A stretch of 64,000 nt of DNA, from assembly GCA_041736175.1 (NCBI GenBank), contig JBGSUI010000148.1, positions 32,001 through 96,000 on the forward strand, given 5' to 3'. A program made the position numbers and the translations under genes. Shown piece after piece: positions 28,886-38,998 of the stretch. Numbering within the stretch: the first letter of the stretch is position 1; each line of letters opens with the position of its first letter. The DNA comes from Oligoflexales bacterium. GTDB lineage: Bacteria; Bdellovibrionota_B; Oligoflexia; Oligoflexales; CAIYRB01. The notes below the pieces were generated by a model. That model searched no databases, was not told where the DNA came from, and worked only from the letters and a program-made list of their open reading frames with translations.

Positions 28886-31405
28886 ATGGAGGTCCAGAAT
28901 TTTTTTATGAAACTCAAACCTTCATCCTCCTCACTTTCCGTTCAAGTCACGCTAGTTTCAGCACTTATTTCGGTGGCCATCGGTGTTCTAGGCTTACTGG
29001 GTGTGTGTCTGAATCAACCTTTACTAGGATCCTTTGGACACGGACTTCCCGTCATAAAAGCCAATGCCGCTGTGGGTATCATCATTGCTGGGGTCTCCCT
29101 CTGGCTCCTTGGTATACGACACCGCTGGCCCATTGCCAGAACCATGGGAAAGATAGGTGCCCTGTTTATAGTCCTGCTGGGATCGTTGACGGCAGCCCAA
29201 TATGTTTTTTCAATAGATTTCCATATCGACGAGTTATTGGTTCAGGATTACAACCAAATCGGAACGGTCTATCCCGGTCGTATGGCCATTATGACTACGA
29301 TCAACTTTATCCTAAAAGGCTGGGCACTCTTGGTGCTTGATCGGCGACCCAAGCGATATAGCTTGAGTCAAGCTCAGTTCCTATCGGTCATAACGCTGTT
29401 TACGCCACTGGTAGCACTTCTTGGCTATATCTTTGGGGTCAGGGATGTAAGAGGTGCTGGACCCTTTTTGCTCCTCGGCGTTATGGCTGTCCCGATGGGG
29501 ATCGCCTGGATTGCTCTTTCGGTTGGGACCTTGTTCGCGCGTCCCTCTTTCGGATTCATGCGGGTTTTGACCGAAAGTGGCAGCGCTTCCTATGCCCTGC
29601 GAACCTTACTGATACCGGCTATTCTCGTGCCAGTCGCCCTTTCTTTAGTTTTCGTTTATGGAGTTCATCATCTCTTTTATATTCCCTCTTTTGGCGTTGC
29701 CGTTTTTTCGACCGTGGGGATTTTGATTCTGGCAAGCCTTATATGGCGTACGGTTTCAGGGCTTTCTACTCTCGAAGCTAAGGAAAAACGAGCCATAGTA
29801 GCCCGCAAGCGTAGCGAGTTGAGCTTGAGCGCGATGTTTGATTTAGTGCCCAGTGGCATGGTCTTTGTTAATACCGAAACGGGTCAGTTTATTAAGGTGA
29901 ATCAGCGCCTTTGTCAAATGACGGGATACACGGAGCAGGAACTGCTCCATATGACTTTTAGAAACCTCACTCACCCTGAGGACGACATCAGTCAGTGGCC
30001 AGAATATCAACGAATGGTAAGCTCGGGATCCGGTCAGTTCCATTTCGAAAAAAGGTATATTCGCAAAGACGGGACCACTATTTGGGTCGATGTTATGGGA
30101 TTTGTCATTGGTGAGATTGCTGGTACCAGCGTCAACGTCGCTATCATTCAGGATCTGACACTTCGCAAGGCAGAAGAAACCACCCTTCAACGGGCAAAAG
30201 ATTCTGCAGAAGCAGCGAATCAGTTGAAATCCTCATTTCTGGCTAATATGAGTCATGAGTTGCGTACACCTCTCGGGGTGATTACAGGGTTTACAGAACT
30301 CGCCGAGCGCAGTGATGTCTCTCCCGCCGACCGCCAAATCTACTTGGCGACGATCAAGCGGAATTCTCATATCCTAAAGAAAATGATTGATGAAGTCTTG
30401 GACCTGGCAAAGGTTGAATCTGGAAAACTTAACGTTGAAAAGGTACAGGTCGCGCTCCATAAATTTTTCAGCGACTTTATGATAGATTTCCAGCCGCTGG
30501 CTCAAAAAAACAAAAATGATCTGACTATCAAAGTCGACGGAGTGGTTCCAGAAAGCATCTACACGGATCCCTCTCGATTACGCCAAGTGCTGGTGAATAT
30601 CGTGGGGAATGCCGTCAAGTTTACGAGAGGTGGCAAGGTTTCCCTGATCGTCCATCTAGGCCCAGAGAGAGGTCCTAAGGAGAACGGCACGCTGCGGATT
30701 ACAGTAAGCGATACCGGTCCTGGCGTACCCGAAGACCAAAGGGCTAAGTTGTTTCAACCTTTCTCACAAGTTGATAATTCCATGACACGAAAGTATGGCG
30801 GCACGGGCCTTGGACTGGTGCTCGCGAAAAAGTTGGCCCAAGCCCTCGGTGGCGATATCGAACTCACCGAGAGTGAAGTCGGCAAGGGTAGTACGTTTAC
30901 GATCACCGTAGACACGGGCCCTCTCAGTGGTGTTCCTTTAGTCAAAAAAATCGAATTCACAAATGGGGAGGTGATGGCGCCCAAAAATCGGTTAGACAAA
31001 GATCTAGAAGGGGTGGCCATTTTATTAGCAGAAGACTCTGAGGAAATCCGGTTTCTTGTGGAAACCCTCTTAACCTCCCACGGTGCGACCATAACGACCG
31101 TCTCCAACGGCAAGGAAGCCGTGCAAGCAGCCTCCCTCCGAGACTACGATGTTGTCTTAATGGATTTGCAGATGCCAGAGCTTGATGGATATGAAGCGAC
31201 CAAACAGCTTAGGGAGCGAGAATATTCTAAACCAATCATCGCCCTTTCCGCATCGGCAATGCGCGAGGAATACAGCCGCGCTCTCGATGCGGGGTGCAAT
31301 GCTCATTTGACCAAGCCCTTTAAACACAGGGATCTTGTTGAAACGATACTCCATTACTCAGGCCCCCAAAGGTACGAGTCCCAGGTGACTGACTTGCATC
31401 CATAA
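28886..31405 (+). CDS. Membrane PAS hybrid histidine kinase
   Basis: Multiple TM, PAS (THPED..EKRYIRKDG), FLANMSHELRTPL, GTGLGL, REC MDLQMP. Confidence 0.93.
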   Translation: MEVQNFFMKLKPSSSSLSVQVTLVSALISVAIGVLGLLGVCLNQPLLGSFGHGLPVIKANAAVGIIIAGVSLWLLGIRHRWPIARTMGKIGALFIVLLGSLTAAQYVFSIDFHIDELLVQDYNQIGTVYPGRMAIMTTINFILKGWALLVLDRRPKRYSLSQAQFLSVITLFTPLVALLGYIFGVRDVRGAGPFLLLGVMAVPMGIAWIALSVGTLFARPSFGFMRVLTESGSASYALRTLLIPAILVPVALSLVFVYGVHHLFYIPSFGVAVFSTVGILILASLIWRTVSGLSTLEAKEKRAIVARKRSELSLSAMFDLVPSGMVFVNTETGQFIKVNQRLCQMTGYTEQELLHMTFRNLTHPEDDISQWPEYQRMVSSGSGQFHFEKRYIRKDGTTIWVDVMGFVIGEIAGTSVNVAIIQDLTLRKAEETTLQRAKDSAEAANQLKSSFLANMSHELRTPLGVITGFTELAERSDVSPADRQIYLATIKRNSHILKKMIDEVLDLAKVESGKLNVEKVQVALHKFFSDFMIDFQPLAQKNKNDLTIKVDGVVPESIYTDPSRLRQVLVNIVGNAVKFTRGGKVSLIVHLGPERGPKENGTLRITVSDTGPGVPEDQRAKLFQPFSQVDNSMTRKYGGTGLGLVLAKKLAQALGGDIELTESEVGKGSTFTITVDTGPLSGVPLVKKIEFTNGEVMAPKNRLDKDLEGVAILLAEDSEEIRFLVETLLTSHGATITTVSNGKEAVQAASLRDYDVVLMDLQMPELDGYEATKQLREREYSKPIIALSASAMREEYSRALDAGCNAHLTKPFKHRDLVETILHYSGPQRYESQVTDLHP

Positions 31406-32431
31406 CTGTTGGCCAACACCCAATAGCAGGTCTTGCGCTGCCCTTTTTGTAAGGCGCGCCAGGAATATCGTCTCTCCCACCCGGATGCGAACCAAGACCA
31501 GTCCAGGATGGTTGTCCGCTACGATTCCGTCAATCTGACCTCTTAAGACGTTATGGATGCTACTCTGCCCCGGCTCCATCGTAAGACTGACATCCCTCGC
31601 AAGGACGCGCACTCTCACCCGGTCACCCAGTGTTAGGCCATCATCGACCAACCAGAGGGATCCTCCCGGAAAATCCAAGCGGGCTAAATAGAATATCGAG
31701 TCTTTGGCGCCGATCACTCCTTCCACGATGGTCCCCGCGAATTCATCGAGCCGGACTGGCGGTTCCAGACCTGTCATGATTTCACCAAGGGGACCCTGGG
31801 CCACCATCCGCCCCTGGTCGATAACCATAAGGTGATCTGCGAGACGGACGATCTCATCTGCAGAATGTGTGACATAGAGGATGGGAATCTCCCGAAGCTG
31901 GTGCAGCCTCTCTAAATAGGGGAGGATTTCCTGTTTTCGACTAAAATCCAGGGACGCAAGTGGTTCGTCCATCAGAAGGAGGCGTGGGCTTAGGGCCACA
32001 GCCCTTGCGATGGCCGCTCTCTGGCGCTCTCCCCCTGAGAGCTTGGCAGGTTTTCGACTGAGAAGGGGGCTAAGGTCTAATAGATCAATCGCCTGTTCCA
32101 GATTTTTGGGTTCCGCAGCGGCCATCCTCTTAAGGCCGTAGCGTAGATTGTCGAGGACGGAGAGGTGGGCAAAAAGGCTAGCTTCTTGGAAGACATATCC
32201 AAGGGATCTTTGATGGGGAGGTTTCCATTGCTCTGCATCTTGCCATACTTCGCCCCCGACCCTAAGCCGACCTACCACACGCTCTAAGCCGGCGATGCAA
32301 CGCAGGATCGTTGTCTTTCCAGATCCCGATGGACCAAACAAAGCGGTGACTCCGCGGGCTGGGAATGCCAGCTTCACGTCCAAGACAAATCCAGGTCTTT
32401 TAAGGTAGAAATCTCCATGAATGCCATCCAT
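31358..32431 (-). CDS. modC: Molybdate ABC transporter ATPase
   Basis: GPSGSGKT, LSGGERQR, LMDEP, TOBE-like tail. Confidence 0.93.
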   Translation of the reverse strand: MDGIHGDFYLKRPGFVLDVKLAFPARGVTALFGPSGSGKTTILRCIAGLERVVGRLRVGGEVWQDAEQWKPPHQRSLGYVFQEASLFAHLSVLDNLRYGLKRMAAAEPKNLEQAIDLLDLSPLLSRKPAKLSGGERQRAAIARAVALSPRLLLMDEPLASLDFSRKQEILPYLERLHQLREIPILYVTHSADEIVRLADHLMVIDQGRMVAQGPLGEIMTGLEPPVRLDEFAGTIVEGVIGAKDSIFYLARLDFPGGSLWLVDDGLTLGDRVRVRVLARDVSLTMEPGQSSIHNVLRGQIDGIVADNHPGLVLVRIRVGETIFLARLTKRAAQDLLLGVGQQLWMQVSHLGLVPLGA

Positions 32432-32432
32432 C

Positions 32433-33149
32433 TCAAGACTCCCTTGAGGTACGAGGGAGCCACATATAGAGACCGAGCAAAACTATAAATGAAAAAAACA
32501 TCATAAACAGCGCAAGGTGATGGGCCGCTTGGTACTCCAAAGCTTCCACATGGTCATAAATCTGCACGGACGCCACCCGGGTCACCCCTGGCAGGTTGCC
32601 TCCGATCATCAGGACCACGCCGAATTCTCCCACGGTATGGGCAAAGGTAAGCACACAAGCGTTTATAAACCCAGGAAAAGCAAGGGGGATGGCAACCGTA
32701 AAAAAGGCGTCAAGGGGCGAAGCACGCAGGGTGGCCGCAGCCTCCAGGGGTCGATCTCCTATGGCTTCAAAGGCAGTTTGTAAGGGTTGGACCATAAAAG
32801 GTAGCGAATAAATCACCGACGCCACCACAAGTCCTCCAAAAGAAAACGGCCATGGAGCAAAACCCAAGGCTTGGGTCAGCTTTCCGACCATCCCCGCAGG
32901 GCCCATGGCCATCAGCAGATAAAAACCCAGGACCGAGGGAGGCAAGACAAGAGGCAGGGCCACGACGGCTCCAAGGACTCCCTTCCAAGCTGATTTGGTG
33001 CGGGCCAGCCACCAGGCCACGGGGGTGCCTATCACGAGGAGAATCAGGGTCACCGTGCTTGCAAGGCGAATGGTGAGTCCTATGGATTCAAGATCACTTT
33101 TGCTTAAGACAGAATCAAGGGTGAAGGGAAAGTGGCAGCACTCAAGCAT
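32433..33149 (-). CDS. modB: Molybdate ABC transporter permease
   Basis: [25 protein letters not shown] overlaps the modA stop (TGATG). Confidence 0.93.
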   Translation of the reverse strand: MLECCHFPFTLDSVLSKSDLESIGLTIRLASTVTLILLVIGTPVAWWLARTKSAWKGVLGAVVALPLVLPPSVLGFYLLMAMGPAGMVGKLTQALGFAPWPFSFGGLVVASVIYSLPFMVQPLQTAFEAIGDRPLEAAATLRASPLDAFFTVAIPLAFPGFINACVLTFAHTVGEFGVVLMIGGNLPGVTRVASVQIYDHVEALEYQAAHHLALFMMFFSFIVLLGLYMWLPRTSRES

Positions 33150-33970
33150 CAGAGAACTTTCTTGGCCGTCTGGGCTCCAACGGGGGTAAAGCCCCATTGT
33201 TTCATTGTGTCGCGGGCAGTGGGGCTTTCGAAAAAGGCGGCGAAGGACCGTGCAAGGGAGCTGTTTTTAGCATGTTTTGTGATGACAAATCCCTGTTCCA
33301 GGGTCTTATGGAGGCTGTCTGGTATCAGTGCATTGCCCCCTTTAGCGGCCAGGTCAGGGTGCAAGACCAAGGCTAAGGCAAGGATCCCAATCTGGGCGTT
33401 GCCGGTTTGGACATACTGAGCTGTTTGGGCGATGTTCTCACCATAGATGAGTTTAGACTGAACCATGTCCCAGACCCCCGCAGCGGTGAGGGCTTCCTGG
33501 GCGCGCTTGCCATAGGGTGCATGTTTAGGGTTGGCGATGGCGATCCGGGTGATTTTTGGGTCCCTGAGACTTTCCAAAGTCATCCTTGAGGCATCAAGGT
33601 TGGCACTCCATAACACTATGCGACCATAGGCGTAAGTTTTAACTTCAGAAACCGCTAGGTTTTTCGTGACTAAGGCGCGCGGATAGCTGATATCAGCCGA
33701 AAAAAACAGGTCGTAAGGCGCCCCTTGTTCGATCTGGCTCATAAACTTTCCAGAGGATCCATAGACCACCTCAATAGTATCCGTGGGATGATCTTTTTTA
33801 AAGGTTGCAACGACTGCATCCATCGCAAATTTAAGGTCTGCGGCAGCTGCAATCGTCAGTTTGTCGGCTCCATAGACAGCACTGGAGATTCCCAACAAGA
33901 TGCCCCAAAAGACACCCCAAAAAACTCCCCAAAAAACTCCCCAAAAAACTCCAATGATCGGTCCCCCCAT
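33149..33970 (-). CDS. modA: Molybdate-binding periplasmic protein
   Basis: [33 protein letters not shown]. Confidence 0.95.
   Translation of the reverse strand: MGGPIIGVFWGVFWGVFWGVFWGILLGISSAVYGADKLTIAAAADLKFAMDAVVATFKKDHPTDTIEVVYGSSGKFMSQIEQGAPYDLFFSADISYPRALVTKNLAVSEVKTYAYGRIVLWSANLDASRMTLESLRDPKITRIAIANPKHAPYGKRAQEALTAAGVWDMVQSKLIYGENIAQTAQYVQTGNAQIGILALALVLHPDLAAKGGNALIPDSLHKTLEQGFVITKHAKNSSLARSFAAFFESPTARDTMKQWGFTPVGAQTAKKVL
33903..33952. repeat. 4x 12-bp tandem repeat in the modA signal peptide
   Basis: ccccaaaagaca + 3x ccccaaaaaact, encoding (GVFW)4. Confidence 0.9.
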
Positions 33971-34048
33971 GACTTTAGCCCCTTTGCAAATCGACCTGGT
34001 TCCGACGTTCTTTTTAGTTTAAATGGGTCCTATGGGCAACAGCGATCA

Positions 34049-35896
34049 TTATGCAGCCTTAGTGAGGCTTTCCACGGACTGCTGGAGCGCCTTGATGGCG
34101 AGCATTGCCTGGTCATCGACGCGGGTTCCGGAGTCTTTGGCGAGGAAATGGATGATTTCTTGGAGGTCTTGGGTCTGTCTGGTCATGGTGTTTAAATCGT
34201 TGCTAATCTTTTTAAGGATTCGTGGACTAGCGCCCAAGCCGTCGCTAAGGGTGACAAGGGTATCGCCGGGTTTTAAGGCAAGGGTGGTTGGCGTCAGATT
34301 TAATCTAGGGGTCAAGCCCACCACCGAGGCACGCGTGAGGTGATGTTTGGTCCCTTTCGACGAGGCCAGGTACCAGCCTAGTCCCCCAGCATTATAGAGC
34401 TGGGCGGATCCATCCAGGGAGATGCTCGCCCCCGAACAGGTGGTCAGCATCTTGGTTTGAAACATTTCGTATAGGCAGCTATTGATCTCATGCATACAGT
34501 CTCTGGCATTTTGGTCTTTTTGGGAGGAATAGTCGACCACAGATGCGATCATTGCGACTGCAAGGGCTGCCTGGGGCCCTTTGCCCGTCACATCTCCAAG
34601 TAAAAAATGGACTGTTCCATCTCGGGTCACCCACTGGTGGAGCCAATCTCCTGACATTTGAGATTCAAAAGGTCGATAGAAAAACTGGTACTCTAGTTGG
34701 AAATGATTTCCCGCCAGCTTTTTAGGAAGCAGTAGGTTTTGGACACTGCTTCCTAAGAGGACAGAACTTTCTAGGATCGCCTTAGCTTGATCTTCCTCTT
34801 TGGCAACATAGCCTACGATGATCGACATAGTTGTGGTGACCATAATAAGGATCAGCAACTGGTAGAGCATGGTAAGCTGGTTGAAAGGAATGATACCCAT
34901 ATACATGAGTTGAACGATAAAAATTCCCATAATATTTGGCAAATTTGCCACAAAGAAAATCGACCAATACCTGGACACCGAGACTTGGTGCGCATAAATG
35001 ATGGTACTGGAAAAAATGATGGTTTGTGCTAAATAGAACCAAAGTAATATTTCGGTCATATACTGAAAGTAGGCCGTCCCCAAAAGACCCAGGCAGAAAT
35101 TTATGCAAATCTGAATGAGTGAAAAGCTATTTAATTTATTGTTTTCTTGTGTTCTTAAAAAATAGATTACAAAAAGCCAATAACAGCAAAAGGAGAGGCT
35201 AACGAGTAAAGGTAGAATTTTTATAGAAGTTGCAACCATAAAACCTGGAGTATCTAAGGGAAATCCTAGAACTATCAACAGAGAATAGGCCAAACAAAGC
35301 TGTCCCAATACATAATAAACAACGAACCTTTGTCTTAGGAGCAGGAAAAATAGGAGAGTGAATCCCCATATAGTCGCAAATGTGACTAAAAACATTTTGA
35401 CAATGGTCTCGACTAAGTTCATGTGATTTTGGTAGTCAATTTCTGTATCTATTTGCCATGCCAGTGAGATAGGCACGCCGTGGAGGGTGGTGTCGATGAG
35501 GTAAGTGTTGGTTCCTGGAGGGATCTCTAGGGCAAAGACCGGGTGGTTAAGGTGCTGATTTTTTGTTTGGGATGCGATAAGTCCTGTTTGCATAAGTGGT
35601 CTGGTGGTGCCAGCGTGGTCTAGCTTGGCCTCCATAAGGGGGTAATAATTCCATAACAGGCGTTTTTGGGTCGTAGGTGAATTGTTTTTTATGACCAAAG
35701 TGGTCCGGTGGACCGAGGTTGAAGTCCCTACAGCTTTTTTCACACTTAACTCGGTGTACAATTCGATAAAAACCGGATTTTTTATCAGATGGCCGTCTTG
35801 GTCGATGACAACATCAATCTCCTTGGCGAGAGCTTGGGGTCCTTGCTCTAACAACCCTAGGAGGACAAGCAGCAAACTCAGTTTAAGATTGGTCAT
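34049..35896 (-). CDS. 7TM-DISM-like sensor + SpoIIE/PP2C phosphatase
   Basis: Signal peptide, extracellular domain, about 7 TM, SGDW, GDVTGKG, SDG, DD motifs. Confidence 0.82.
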   Translation of the reverse strand: MTNLKLSLLLVLLGLLEQGPQALAKEIDVVIDQDGHLIKNPVFIELYTELSVKKAVGTSTSVHRTTLVIKNNSPTTQKRLLWNYYPLMEAKLDHAGTTRPLMQTGLIASQTKNQHLNHPVFALEIPPGTNTYLIDTTLHGVPISLAWQIDTEIDYQNHMNLVETIVKMFLVTFATIWGFTLLFFLLLRQRFVVYYVLGQLCLAYSLLIVLGFPLDTPGFMVATSIKILPLLVSLSFCCYWLFVIYFLRTQENNKLNSFSLIQICINFCLGLLGTAYFQYMTEILLWFYLAQTIIFSSTIIYAHQVSVSRYWSIFFVANLPNIMGIFIVQLMYMGIIPFNQLTMLYQLLILIMVTTTMSIIVGYVAKEEDQAKAILESSVLLGSSVQNLLLPKKLAGNHFQLEYQFFYRPFESQMSGDWLHQWVTRDGTVHFLLGDVTGKGPQAALAVAMIASVVDYSSQKDQNARDCMHEINSCLYEMFQTKMLTTCSGASISLDGSAQLYNAGGLGWYLASSKGTKHHLTRASVVGLTPRLNLTPTTLALKPGDTLVTLSDGLGASPRILKKISNDLNTMTRQTQDLQEIIHFLAKDSGTRVDDQAMLAIKALQQSVESLTKAA

Positions 35897-36025
35897 ATCA
35901 AGATGTCGGTATCTTTTTGAAGGCCGTTAATCCCTTGGTGACTTGGTCTTTCCAAAACGAAAAAAATGGTTGTTATTAAAGGGTGATAGGAAAAATCCCG
36001 ATAGCTAAGACGTGGTATAAGAATC

Positions 36026-37942
36026 TTGGAAGATCCTAGGGGTAAGGGATTGAGGGTGAAAAAGTTTTGTTTCATTATTTTTATTTTAATAGGGGTGCTC
36101 GCGGCGCAAAGCACCGGATATCGCCCCGACCCGGAGAGCAAATTCGTATTGATTCCTCTCGATACAACCCAGCAGTTCGTCCAAGATAAAATCTTTGCCA
36201 TTAAACATCTCGGCTTAGAAAAAACCGATAGGATAGAAACTTTCCTTAAAAATAAAGAGACCGCATCCTATAAAGCCACAGACGTGAACCTAGACTTTAT
36301 GTATCGCGGACCGGTGTGGTTTCGCCTGGATTTTTTCAGTAGCCTGCCCCGAGTACAAAAGATGACGTTGGCCAACGATCGGCCGCTTTATCATGTTTTA
36401 TTAGTCGATGACCGAGGGGTTAGGAGAGAATTTAAACCAGATGACTATAGGCTGAAAAATACAGTAAAACCGTTTTTTGATATCGAAGTCCCACCAGGTT
36501 TTTCGTCGATATATATGCGTCTCGACACCACGGGCCAGGTCTCCACCCTCGCTTGGAGGATTTTGGGGACCGAAACCTTTAGGCGGGAGAATACCAATCC
36601 AGAAAACGATATAGTCCTATGGATTGCGCCAATCTTTTTAAGTCTCTACCTCGCGGTCTTTTTTGTCGTCTTTGGGGTGTATCAATACTGTTATTTGATC
36701 TTGGGGATTCTGAGCCTCTTGAGTCTTATGATGATTTTGGGGGGCTACTACCCACTGGCTTTTTTTCCAGATTTTTTCAAATTGGGTAACAGCCTTCCCT
36801 TGATTTTGGCATTAGCCATGGCTGGGTTTAACCACTTTTTTCGGTTTTTGCACAATATAACTTTCAAAAACCAAACGTTTTTAGCCCTTGTGAGCAGTTT
36901 TTTTTCGTTAACTTATTTAGTCCTGGGGATTTGGGCTACGATTTTTCCTGAGCGGGCGGAGTCTTGGATGATTACGCCTGTAATCCTAGGTTCTCTCTTT
37001 AATCACATTTACGCCAATTACTACAAATCTAAACATCGATTAAAGCTCTCTTTAGCCTATTCGCTGTGCTTCCCTCCACTCACCTTTGGGGCGATTGCTT
37101 TGGGTCTTCAGTATTTGGGTTTTATTCCCTATTTTCCCCAACTCCTCGACTTTCAATTTTTAGCGGTCATTTACTTTTTGATGTTGATGTCTTTGGTCAT
37201 TGGCTTAAATGTACACCAGGAAAAGATCGTCAACGCTCACCTCAAACAGGAGATGATTCTGGGACGAAGTGTTCAGGAACTCTTTATTCCTTTAAAACTA
37301 GAGGTTGACGAATCAGATCTTAACTTTAAATACCGCTATCAGCCATTCTACGGCATGATGTCAGGGGACTGGGTTAAGAGTTGGGCGACCCAAGATGGCA
37401 AACGGCATTTTTTGATCGGCGATGTCGCAGGGAAAGGTCCCCAGGCCGCCTTAGCGGTCGGTGTGATTGCCGTGACGATTCACCTCGCTATGCGCCATAA
37501 TCAGTCCTTAGAAGACTGCCTTAAAGCAATCAATGGTGTCTTGTATAGAATATTTGGTGGCGTATTGACCACTAAAGCGACCGGAGTAACGATCACACCC
37601 CATCACCGACTTTATGTCTATAATGCCGGTGGGACTGGCTGCTACAAAATTTATGGCAACCGCGTCCAGCATCTGCTCACACCAGGACCCGTGCTGGGTC
37701 GGGTGGCTCAAGTTACCTTTGATCGCCTTGAATCCTATCTTGGCGATAAGGAGATCCTCATAAGTTATACCGATGGCTTTGCTCCCTTTTACAAATCGAT
37801 ACGAAAAATGCTGAAGCATTTTGCCCAAGATTCTTCGGACCGGGATGGAACAAAACTCATCGACCTTATGATGGAACGAACTCTGACACCTAATCCCAAA
37901 GATGGGGATGATAAGGCTGTCATGGTAATTGCTAAAAAATAG
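36026..37942 (+). CDS. 7TM-DISM-like sensor + SpoIIE/PP2C phosphatase (paralog)
   Basis: WFRL extracellular motif, about 7 TM, SGDW, GDVAGKG, YTDG, DDK; start may be GTG at 36056. Confidence 0.82.
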   Translation: MEDPRGKGLRVKKFCFIIFILIGVLAAQSTGYRPDPESKFVLIPLDTTQQFVQDKIFAIKHLGLEKTDRIETFLKNKETASYKATDVNLDFMYRGPVWFRLDFFSSLPRVQKMTLANDRPLYHVLLVDDRGVRREFKPDDYRLKNTVKPFFDIEVPPGFSSIYMRLDTTGQVSTLAWRILGTETFRRENTNPENDIVLWIAPIFLSLYLAVFFVVFGVYQYCYLILGILSLLSLMMILGGYYPLAFFPDFFKLGNSLPLILALAMAGFNHFFRFLHNITFKNQTFLALVSSFFSLTYLVLGIWATIFPERAESWMITPVILGSLFNHIYANYYKSKHRLKLSLAYSLCFPPLTFGAIALGLQYLGFIPYFPQLLDFQFLAVIYFLMLMSLVIGLNVHQEKIVNAHLKQEMILGRSVQELFIPLKLEVDESDLNFKYRYQPFYGMMSGDWVKSWATQDGKRHFLIGDVAGKGPQAALAVGVIAVTIHLAMRHNQSLEDCLKAINGVLYRIFGGVLTTKATGVTITPHHRLYVYNAGGTGCYKIYGNRVQHLLTPGPVLGRVAQVTFDRLESYLGDKEILISYTDGFAPFYKSIRKMLKHFAQDSSDRDGTKLIDLMMERTLTPNPKDGDDKAVMVIAKK

Positions 37943-37955
37943 GCTGTCTTTGTCT

Positions 37956-38696
37956 TCACACGGGATCGACCAGATCGCTGCTGACCATAGGATATTCCCG
38001 GTGCTTTGAGGGTCCTTTGTAGACTTCCTGGGAGAGGAATATCCGCTCTTCTTCTATTTTTGATTCTGGTAGTATGATGGTCCAGCAGCGAGTTTCCGCG
38101 TCCCAAAAATATCCCCGGCGTTTGAGGATATCTTTGCTTTCAAAAGGTGACTGTAGGGCTCGTAGGGTAAACTCTTTTTCATAGCTCCGGGCGATCAGCT
38201 CCCCTAAGTAAGGGCTGACGAGCCTAAAGGTGGTAGCACAGTCAAAGAGGGCTCGATGGGCAAAGGGATTTAGAAACCCATGGTCCGCCGCAAGGTAGGT
38301 GAGGCCTAAATGGCGAGAGCCGTGGCTTCGCCAATCTATATGCCGCATGGAGCAGGCCCAATGGGTGGAGATGCCTTGGAGTTGTCCCGATGCTTGGACA
38401 AATTTGCGGTCAAAGTCTGCGTTGTGGGCGATGATCACCGAGGCCCTCTCCACCATATCTCTCACCAAGGGCCAATCGATGCGCCGGTTCTTGACCAGCG
38501 CGTCAGTCAGTCCCGTGATCTTGGTGATTTCAGCAGAGATGGGGGTTCCGGGGTCTTCCAGACCGCTGTAGCACTGAATCACATGGGGGAGTTCCGCACC
38601 ATCCACGGCGAATTCAAGGACGCCAATCTCGATGATTTTGTCTTTGCTAGGATCGATTCCCGTGGTTTCCACATCTAGGACAAGTCCATAATCCAT
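37956..38696 (-). CDS. DEDDh 3'-5' exonuclease (DNA pol III epsilon-like)
   Basis: LDVETTG, AHNADFD, HRALFDC. Confidence 0.9.
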   Translation of the reverse strand: MDYGLVLDVETTGIDPSKDKIIEIGVLEFAVDGAELPHVIQCYSGLEDPGTPISAEITKITGLTDALVKNRRIDWPLVRDMVERASVIIAHNADFDRKFVQASGQLQGISTHWACSMRHIDWRSHGSRHLGLTYLAADHGFLNPFAHRALFDCATTFRLVSPYLGELIARSYEKEFTLRALQSPFESKDILKRRGYFWDAETRCWTIILPESKIEEERIFLSQEVYKGPSKHREYPMVSSDLVDPV

Positions 38697-38998
38697 TGCA
38701 ATCCCTTTCTTAACCTAAACCCTTTACGACTCTGCCATTGTGAGTGACATCTATCACAGGACCCAGAGGACTTCCACGGGAAAGTCCGCTCCTCACCAAT
38801 TAAGCTTCGAACCTTCTTTGTCATATAAACAGTATTTTTGAATTAAGTGAGATTTCGTACAGGACGTCGATCTAGACATCCTCTCCGTCCGGAGTTACCC
38901 TTAAAGGAGGCACGCCTAGCGTAGCACTCTTCTTTTTGGACCGATGCCATTTTCATCTTCCCACCATAAACCACGCAAGACTTGTCGAGGGCTTATCT

